Origin: Octopus vulgaris
Taxonomy: Eukaryota
Reading direction: 5' to 3'
Assembly: GCA_951406725.2 (NCBI GenBank)
Contig: OX597837.1
Span: forward strand, 33,852,001-33,916,000
DNA length: 64,000 nucleotides
Below the pieces are notes generated by a model. The model saw nothing but the letters and a program-made list of their open reading frames with translations, did no database searches and was not told where the DNA came from. The position numbers were made by a program, and so were the translations under genes. Position 1 is the stretch's first letter, and each line of letters begins with the position of its first letter. Below are positions 55,435 to 64,000 of the stretch, piece after piece.

Positions 55435-55839
55435 GTAATAATAATAATAATGATAATAATAATGATAATAAATGATAATAATAATGATAATATTAATAAT
55501 AATATTAATAATAATAATGATAATAATAATATTAATAATAATGATAATGATAATGATGATAATAATAATAATAATAATATTAATAATGATAATAATAATA
55601 ATGATAATGATAATATTAATAATAATGATAATAATAATAATGATAATAATAATATTAATAATAATGATGATAATAATAATAATAATATTAATAATAACAT
55701 TAATAATAATGATAATAATAATATTAATAATAATGATAATAATAATAATAATAATAATATTAATATTAATAATAATATTAATAATAATATTAATAATAAT
55801 ATTAATAATAATATTAATAATGATAATAATAATAATAAT
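55435..55839. repeat. (AAT/GAT/ATT)n compound microsatellite
   Basis: Read directly. Confidence 0.97.
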
Positions 55840-56346
55840 ACAGATACACAACAAAAAAGTCGCTGTCGGACAGATGAATCGGTTTTTATCAAAAGTTGTT
55901 GAGTTTAAATGCAAACTAATTAACTTAAAGAAATAAAAAGCGAAATATAGACAGAATATCAAACTGATTAGACTTTTAAAGAAGGAATGGGGACCCGTTT
56001 CAACAGGTATCAATATATAAAGATTTTGCTATTTGGTCGTTAAATCTTTATATATAATTATTTATAAAACAAGAAACCGACAGCGAAGAAGACTCTATGC
56101 TGCTAGAAATAACAGCCAAATCTATAACTGATAGGGGATAGCATATTTGCTAAGGCAATTAAAAGATATACAGAGCTATATATATATATATATATATTTA
56201 TAATCGCTAGTCCGATAAAATGATTATGAATTAAAAAATTTATTCACCCTCAGACTTATCTTTGAGTACTTATTCAAGTGGTCGAACGTAGCTTCTTTTG
56301 AACTTGTTACCCCGAAATGAAAATATATATATATACACACACATAT

Positions 56347-56472
56347 TTTATTTTATAGAAGGAGCTTCTACAGGACTAGAACTGTTTCATTCAGATGAAA
56401 TCTTCAGCTTCCTGAAGATTTCATCTGAATGAAACAGTTCTAGTCCTGTAGAAGCTCCTTCTATAAAATAAA
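56347..56472. repeat. Perfect 61-bp hairpin with a 4-nt loop
   Basis: 56347-56407 is the exact reverse complement of 56412-56472. Confidence 0.95.
56406..56456 (+). ncRNA. Type I hammerhead ribozyme motif
   Basis: Stem I AGCTTC/GAAGCT; core CTGAAGA; weak stem II T-TTCA-TC-TGAA-T; GAA; stem III ACAG-ttctagtc-CTGT; predicted cleavage GTA| after 56450. Confidence 0.75.
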
Positions 56473-56670
56473 TTACTTTACTCTGCTATGTATTGAGTAC
56501 CTTGTTTACTGTGGTTAACCCCGACTCAACCCGGGACCTACATACACACACACACATACATATATTGGGTGTTGTCACACTTAAAACGTCGTTAATTATG
56601 GCTTAGTGAGAGTTGAACAAAATATAAAACTAAAATAAGTTATGATAGCCTTACCAACGAACACCCTTAC

Positions 56671-57394
56671 CTTGGTTTTCCAAATAAGCACGGCTGAATT
56701 TTTTTATCCTCCTATCTTCGCTTTCCAAGTTATATTCCCACCTGGCCGTTGTGTAATAATGTGGTATCTCCGCAGCACTCGAATATTCCGTAAATGTGTC
56801 GCTATCAAAGCTGTCTCGGTAGCTATCGTACCACTGATCATAAATTTCAAACAGTAAATCATCAAAGATAGAACCACGGGGTCGAGATTGTCTGCAATAT
56901 GTGGCCCCTCCATAACTATGATCCGGTAAATATCCAGTGTTTGTTGGACTAGACTCGCCCGTCTTGTCATGTTTCTCGTTAGAGTTGATAGCAGAACAGT
57001 GGACTGGGTCTGCCTCTGAGACAGGCACCGCGGTTGAAGTTGATGTTGTAGTTGTCCCCGAAGTTAAAGCAGAAGCAGATACAGCTGGGTGCATGAAGGT
57101 CCCTTGTAAACGGTCATCGACGGACGAAGTCTTGCCTCTGTGCGGACGGACTTTGCCGTTGCTGTCACTGAAGTGAGAGGAAGATTTCCCCAATCTGGGA
57201 CTCGTAGAAGACATGAGTGGTGGACTTTTGCCAAACGTAGCGACGTTTGACCGACGTGTGGGTGGAGTGGTACCCGTGAGGAAAACATCGTCGTCGGAGC
57301 TGTGTACCCTGTCCTGCCGACCTGATCTTTGTTCGCTGGTGACTGTTTCGTGTATGTTATCCAACTGAGTCTCCAGCAATTTTTCCATCATCAT
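56671..57394 (-). CDS. TBC1D30: TBC1D30-like Rab GTPase-activating protein, first coding exon (241 codons + 1 nt)
   Basis: Non-repetitive ORF with an in-frame TGA 15 nt upstream of the ATG; ends AACCAAG|GTAAGG (phase 1 donor). Motifs SIFDDLLFEIY, RDSFDS and RAYLENQ resemble the N-terminus of the long vertebrate TBC1D30 isoform as I recall it (SLVSGLLNELY, RDSLDS, MLYLRQK); no database search was run. Confidence 0.88.
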
Positions 57395-57399
57395 ACCAT
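57391..57399 (-). promoter_or_regulatory. Minimal uORF (Met-Val-stop) overlapping the main start codon
   Basis: Minus strand reads GGCCAAC ATG GTA TGA TGA TGG; the main ATG is at 57394-57392. Confidence 0.6.
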
Positions 57400-57866
57400 G
57401 TTGGCCTCACTCGGAAAGAAAAAAAAATAAAAGAACTTACCCCAAGCTGTGCACTAGAGTTTAACACACAGCCGTGCGACTGCCGTGACAGTAGCAAGCA
57501 TTATAAAAGTGTAGTATATGTCAGTGTATGTATGTGAAAAAAGAGAGAGAGAGAGGGAATAGTTATAGGTGTGTGTACTAGTATATATATATATATATAT
57601 TTGTAGTTTATATTTTACTAAGTACACACCAGCTGCTCGACTCGGCTACTCCTGATAACAATTATCATTATTATTATTATGGCTCACAGAGTCGAAACTG
57701 GAACGATTTTTCAACCTTGCAAAATCCACTATCCGTGCAATTCGCTGTTTACCCAATTAAATGTCAAGCAATGTTTAGCTTCGTCTCTTTACGTTCTGGG
57801 TTCAAATCCCATCGAAGTCAGCATTTTTTTTTTTTTTTAAATCGTTCTGGGATCGATAAAATTGAA

Positions 57867-58298
57867 GGCAATCTTTCGTCTCTAGTAGACCTTTCCGTCG
57901 ATTTCCGTAAAAACTTCTATTTTTTTTTTTACATATGGGCTTGCGGGAACTTTTGAAGTAATGAGAGCGAAAGAGACTAAGAGAAAGCGATTGTATGACG
58001 AGGGAAGTTCTTTTGAAGTTACCGTCCAGGGGAAGCATTGATGTACATGTGTGTGTGTGTGTGTGTGTTTGATGGGGTGTGGGAGACAGACAGTATGTTG
58101 TGTAAGTGAAGTGCTTCTGTTAGTGTGTGTGAAGAGACAAAGTAATGTGTGAAAGAAAGAGATAACTGAAATTTTTTACTCGGTGTATGTGTATATGTAT
58201 GTATATTACTTCAAAAGTTCCCGCAAGCCCATATGTAAAAAAAAAAAAATTTCTTTACGGAAATCGACGGAAAGGTCTACTAGAGACGAAAGATCGCC
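57867..58298 (+). mobile_element. Merlin-like MITE, copy 4, ~470 bp upstream of the TBC1D30 ATG
   Basis: Same TIRs; 8-bp TSD AAATTGAA. Confidence 0.9.
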
Positions 58299-58434
58299 AA
58301 ATTGAAGTACTAGAGTTGATCAGCTCGGCTATATCTGTGACTCATGCCAATCATAATAAACATTATAAACTAAAATACTTCACGGCTGCAGTTATTTCTT
58401 TTTACGTTCTGAATTAAAATCATAAATTTTGCTT

Positions 58435-58440
<6 letters not shown>

Positions 58441-58532
<92 letters not shown>

Positions 58533-58639
58533 GTATATATATATATGTATATATATATATGTATATATATATATGTATATATATATATATGTACATATAT
58601 ATATGTATATATATATATGTATATATATATATGTATATA

Positions 58640-58720
<81 letters not shown>
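58441..58720. repeat. (CT)n(AT)n microsatellite inside a family A SINE
   Basis: Read directly. Confidence 0.95.
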
Positions 58721-58723
<3 letters not shown>

Positions 58724-58847
58724 ACCGGAGTCGATAAAATGTCAAGTCCCGGGTCGATTTAATCTACAACCCCAGCTCCCATTCCGACTCATTAAACTTT
58801 CCGGCCCTGTGCTTAAAATTAAAAAGAATTAGGGGGGGAGGGCAATA

Positions 58848-59062
58848 TTCTTTTATTTGTTTGTCATTTGACTGTGGCCATGCTGGAGCACCGCTTTAAG
58901 TCGAACAGATAGACCCCCAGAACTTACTCTTTGTAAGCCTAGTACTCATTCTATCGGTCTCTTTGCCGAACCGCTAAGTTTCGGGGACGTAAACAAACTA
59001 GCATCGGTTGTCAAGCGATGGTAGGGGGGACAAACAAACACACAAACATACACACACATACG

Positions 59063-59094
<32 letters not shown>

Positions 59095-59260
59095 CATATA
59101 TACGATGGGCTTCTTTCAGTTTCCATCTACCAAATCCACTCACAAGGCTTTGGCCGGCTCGAGGCTATAGTAGAAGACACTTGACCAAGGTGCCACACAG
59201 TGCGAATGAACCCGGAACCATGTGGTTGGTAAGCAAGCTACTTACCCCACAGCCACTCCA
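58848..59260 (-). mobile_element. Family B SINE
   Basis: Matches other copies. Confidence 0.85.
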
Positions 59261-59289
59261 ACACACAAATATACAAATATAAAAAGAAA

Positions 59290-59674
59290 GTGGAGGCGCA
59301 ATGGCCCAGTGGTTAGGGCAGCGGACTCGCAGTCATAGGATCACGGTTTCGATTCCCAGACCGGGCGTTGTGAGTGTTTATTGAGCGAAAACACCTAAAA
59401 GCTCCACGAGGCTCCGGCAGGGGATGGTGGTGATCCCTGCTGTACTCTTTTACCACAACTTTATCTCACTCTTACTTCCTGTTTCTGTTGTACCTGTACT
59501 TCAAAGGGCCGGCCTTGTCACTCTCTGTGTCACGCTGAATATCCCTGAGAACTATGTTAAGGGTGCACGTGTCTGTGGAGTGCTCAGCCACTTACACGTT
59601 AATTTCACGAGCAGGCTGTTCCGTTGATTCGGATCAACCGGAACCCTCGTCGTTGTAACCGACGGAGTGCTTCC
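59290..59674 (+). mobile_element. Family C SINE, full length
   Basis: TSD ATAAAAAGAAA at 59279-59289 / 59675-59685. Confidence 0.92.
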
Positions 59675-60718
59675 ATAAAAAGAAATCTGGTTCTTCATAG
59701 GAAACTATTGCGTGTTGGTGTCGGACTGTGTCATCGGAGGTCACGAGTGTTTTCGGCGACGCTGCTGTGGTCACTGGTTGGGTTGAAGAATGAAAATATG
59801 ATTCTTAGGCTTCGTGAAGAAGTAACAGAAGGACACACACGAACATTTAACAGAAGATTTTGTTATCGCTTCATAAAGACAACCTGCATTGGCCTTTTAA
59901 CAGTTAACAACAGCAATAATTACATATTGCGAGAGAGATACTTATTTGTTTACTACCCACAAGGGGCTAAACACAGAGAGGACAAACAAAGACAGGCAAA
60001 CAGATTAAGTCAATTATATCGACCCCAGTGCGTAGCTGGTACTTAGTTTATCGACCCCGAAAGGATGAAAGGCAAAGTCGACCTCGGCGGAATTTGAACT
60101 CAGAATGTAACAACAGATGAAATACGGCTATGCATTTCACCCGGCGTGCTAACGTTTCTGCCAGCTTGCAGATACTACTCTGAGTTTTCCAAAAAGCTAT
60201 TGCTACGGCAACATGCAGCTTGCCCAACATATCTGAAAACAATTGTGCATCTTTCGTGGCTATGAAGGTTCCTGGTGATCTATCTGCACCATCTGTCTTT
60301 GCTGCTTTCCTAGGTCATCTACCCAGACCGTCTGGTGTGACAATAATGGAGACACATATCGCTCACCTACCTCAACATTCTGCAAAGAGTGTAGGCGCCA
60401 AAAGCGGCTCTTTCATAGAGTGCAAAAAGAAAATTGATGGCTGTGCACATGATGCATATCAACAAGTCACATATTTATCTAAAAGAATGAAAAATGAAAT
60501 TTTGAAAACAATTATATCAGTATGTATCTGTACGCTATCACCATTTTTGTTTTTCATATTAAATTCTGATGTAATCTACACCATCTGAAAGTTATTTCTA
60601 GAAGATTTCATTAAAAAAAAATATCCATTTTTCTGAAATTTATGAGGTAACAAAGTCAGCAGTGACACGTTTGTTTGGGGATGGTTAATTAATGCTATAT
60701 TTATATAAATTAGTAGCT

Positions 60719-60763
<45 letters not shown>

Positions 60764-60789
60764 TTTGAAGTGGTGTATAGATATTGTAC

Positions 60790-60972
60790 ATTGAGAAAAA
60801 GGAGGCAGTCAGAATTTTGAATAATTCTTTATTAGCGCTTTCGTTTGTTTATCGAACTCAACAAGATAAAATCAAAATGATTCATTTTGATTTTATCTTG
60901 ACAAGTTCAATAAACAAGCGAAAGCTCTAATAAAGAATTATTCAAAATTCTGACTGCCTCCTTTTTCTCAAT
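60790..60972. repeat. ~91-bp imperfect palindrome with degenerate minimal hammerheads in both arms
   Basis: Centred on 60881; the minus arm reads TTTAT CTTGTTGA GTT..AAC GAAA GCGC TA|ATAAA. Confidence 0.8.
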
Positions 60973-61306
60973 ATGCATATACATCATCATCATCATCATC
61001 ATCATCGTTTAACGTCCGTTCTCCATGCTAGCATGGGTTGGACGGTTCGACCGGGGATCTGGGAAGCCAGAAGGCTGCACCAGGCTCCAGTCTTATCTGG
61101 CAGTGTTTCTACTGCTGGATGCCCTTCCTAACGCCAACCACTCCGTGAGTGTAGTGGGTGATTTTTACATGCCACCTGCATAGGTGCCAGGCGAGGCTGG
61201 CAACGGCCACGGTCGGATTGATGTATTTCACGTGCCACCGACACGGAAGCCAGTCGAGGCGGCGCTGGCAATGGCCACGAGTCGGATAGTGCTTTTTACA
61301 TACCAC

Positions 61307-61421
61307 CAGACCAGGAATCCTGGCTGGTTCAATTCGATTTCGATTTCGCAGACCAGGGATCCTGGCTGGTTCAATTCGATTTCGATTTCGCAGACCAGGG
61401 GTCCTGGCTGGGTCAATTCGA
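61307..61421. repeat. 42-bp tandem repeat, ~2.7 copies
   Basis: CAGACCAGG(A/G)ATCCTGGCTGGTTCAATTCGATTTCGATTTCG units start at 61307, 61349 and 61391. Confidence 0.9.
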
Positions 61422-61656
61422 ATCAAAATAAGCAACAAGAATGACTCCGGTAATTTGGTACAATTGTTTCGCACTACATCATTTTATTAAAAGTTGTAAG
61501 TATTACAGCAGATTTAAGATGCTGAGTGCTCATCAGCCAATTATAGAGGTTTTCCATAAATACAAAAGCTTTCAAATCAAGTAGCAACATTATAGAGAAG
61601 GTAGATATACAGACAAAGATGTAGATTTAAATTTTAAGAACATATGAGGTAGTGAA

Positions 61657-61695
<39 letters not shown>

Positions 61696-63443
61696 TGCCA
61701 GACCCCTCTGGCACCTGTGCAGGTGGCACGTAAAAAACACCCACTACACTCGCGGAGTGGTTGGCGTTAGGAAGGGCATCCAGCTGTAGAAACACTGCCA
61801 GACTAGACTGGAGCCTGGGGCAGTCCCTAGCTCCCCAGACCCCGGTCGAAACCATCCAACCCGTGCTAGCGCGGAAAACGGACGTTAAACGATGATGATG
61901 ATGATATATATATATACATCATGATCATGATCATCATTGTTTTACGTCCGCTTTCCATGGTGGCATGGGTTGGACGGTTTGACTAAGAACTTTTGAGCCA
62001 GAGGCTGCACCAGGCTCCAATCTGATCTGGCAAAGTTTCTACAGCTGGATGCTCTTCCTAATGCCAACCACTCTGAGAGAGAGAGAGAATTACCGAGAAA
62101 CCAAGTGTATTGGTAGTGAGATAAATACAATAAACTCTTTGGTGTTTTCGATGTTGATGCTGTTTTGTGACATCGGCAGCGATGGTGACTGCTACTGCTA
62201 CTCGCCGTAGCTGGACAACCAAGAATTTTCTGTTATCGGATCAGAACTACTAAATGACCACCGTATTTGTCTGTTCTTTATATCTTATCAGAGTGACAGT
62301 GATATCATTGATTTATTTAATGGGAGAAAGTTTAATAAACAGGTTTGGTGGTCGATGCCATATCAACGAAACAAACGTCTGGTTGGAAGAAATTTCACGA
62401 GATCCGTCTGCCGCAATATAAGAAATAAATAATAATAATAAAGGACGGTGGGAGAAATATATTGAGAGCCGAGGGTTATAAGTCATGATCAAAAAGTGAT
62501 GAGTGAACCAAGAGTTTCGGTTTCAAATCCTGGCCGGATATCTCGTTATACAATCGTGACCATCTCTTTTCTTTCAGATTCATTTCACCTGTGATCCAAT
62601 GATCTATGTTCCATCTGTGGCCATCTACTTGATCTTCTGTTACTTATTTCAGTCGATAGACTGTGGTCATGCTGGAGCACCGCCAAAACTAGTTTTAGTC
62701 CAACAAATCGCCCTCTATTTTCTAAGCCTTGTACTTATTTGTCTCTCCTGCTCAACCGCTGTGTTACTAGGGACGTAAATAAACCAACATCAACGACAGG
62801 CTATAGATAGATAGATAGTAATGCTGGTGTCTGTTTTCACTCAACTCTGTCATCAGTGTTGGTTTGTTTACATCCTCAGTAACACAGCGGTTCGGCAAGA
62901 GAGATAGATTATAATATATATACTCTCTCCCTCTCTTCCACCTTTACTCTCTCTCGTTGCTCACACATGACCTTCGTCCATCTTTCCTTTCCTCACGTGA
63001 TTATCTTTCTTTTCCTTCAGTCTGTCGCACAGACCAGACGCATTCTTATCTGTCTCCTCTCCTATCTTTTCTCTTATCAAAGGATCTTCTTCCAGCGTTT
63101 GCTACCCTACCTCATCTGAGCCTAACAGCCCTCCCTGTTTGTCTTTGTTTTGTTTGGTTTGTTGTATGTCCTGTTTTTGTTACCAACATTGACGCTCTGC
63201 AAATCCCAAATTTTATTTCGGTTCGCGGAAGCAACTGCCTTCAAAGTCTTATTTTATCGTTCATTGCATGAAATAAGGAGTAGAAAGACAGACGACAACT
63301 GATGAAGGGTCGTTTTTTATGTTACTTGTCTTGCTTTCCATTTGTTTCTCTCCTTCTTTGCGTACCCAACTTTATTTTCATATTTCATGTTGTTTATGTT
63401 TTATGACGTCCTGTATATATATATATATATTCTTATATATATA

Positions 63444-63485
<42 letters not shown>

Positions 63486-63587
63486 AGAGTAAACACATAA
63501 ATGTGAAACAAGGTGGAAAAAAGAATACTCAAATACCAGGGGTAGAGTAATATGCTTTATTTAAAGCAGCAGAAGATTCAACAAAAC

Positions 63588-63625
63588 CTGTTACTCTGAG
63601 TTTCACGTTCCTGTTCGTCGGACAG
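63588..63625 (-). ncRNA. Minimal type I hammerhead motif, left arm
   Basis: CTGT CCGACGA ACAGGAACGT GAAA CTCAGAG TA|ACAG; the element 63483-63735 is flanked by (TA)n. Confidence 0.7.
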
Positions 63626-63660
63626 TTTTTGCTAGAATAGCAAATTTTTTCTTGCAAAAA

Positions 63661-63698
63661 CTGTCCGACGAACGGGATCGTGAAACTCAGAGTAACAG
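63661..63698 (+). ncRNA. Minimal type I hammerhead motif, right arm of a fold-back element
   Basis: CTGT CCGACGA ACG-GGAT-CGT GAAA CTCAGAG TA|ACAG; all three stems pair. Confidence 0.75.
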
Positions 63699-63731
63699 GG
63701 TTTGTTGAAGTTTCTGCTGCTTTAAATAAAG

Positions 63732-63765
<34 letters not shown>

Positions 63766-63833
63766 TATATTATTATTTATATTATTATATGATCGAACGT
63801 CACGCATCTATTTCCGAGTAGGTTTGTGTGTGT

Positions 63834-63866
<33 letters not shown>

Positions 63867-64000
63867 ATGTATGTATATAGGCCGTGCAGTAGGACTGAAC
63901 CCGAAACCAAGTGGTTGCAGAGCGAGCTTCTTAACTGCACAACCATGCTTGTGTCTACAAAAACTCTTTGTTTTTCTATTTTTACGTAAAGCTAGGCAAC

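Larger units (their letters stand above)
6963..56670 (-). other. Intron between the two TBC1D30 coding exons (~49.7 kb, GT-AG)
   Basis: Canonical GT at 56670-56669 and AG at 6964-6963, compatible phase, and protein similarity continuous across the junction. Confidence 0.82.

Noticed and set aside
55183-56013. Poly-Asn/Ile/Leu ORFs
   Set aside because: (AAT)n microsatellite.
60220-60588. 122-aa non-repetitive ORF upstream of the gene
   Set aside because: TTG start, no recognisable motif and no convincing splice pair; cannot support it as coding without a search.
63290-63320. CTGATGA after GACGACAA as another hammerhead
   Set aside because: No GAAA/UH half or stem I partner at suitable spacing; at most a truncated remnant.

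Overview
Repeat-rich eukaryotic DNA. The SINE, microsatellite and transposon content points to an octopus or another coleoid cephalopod (inference). The one host gene I can support is the 5' part of a TBC1D30-like Rab-GAP gene on the minus strand: coding exon 1 (57394-56671) splices in phase across a ~49.7 kb intron to a 165-nt exon (6962-6798), and I found no TBC-domain exon in the window. The rest is SINEs, LINE 3' fragments (CR1/L2, Hero, R4/Dong, RTE), Tc1/mariner fossils, Helitron and MITE copies and long compound microsatellites; most long ORFs in the track are microsatellite artefacts. Main findings: (1) several unrelated families of short ORF-less fold-back elements carrying type I hammerhead ribozyme motifs, resembling Penelope pLTRs and mostly inserted in TA/CA repeats, one in a perfect 61-bp hairpin ~200 nt from the exon-1 donor; (2) four copies of a Merlin-like MITE with flanking duplications of 18, 8, 49 and 8 bp; (3) a Met-Val-stop uORF overlapping the TBC1D30 start; (4) an apparent CpG-decay boundary near 42.5 kb.
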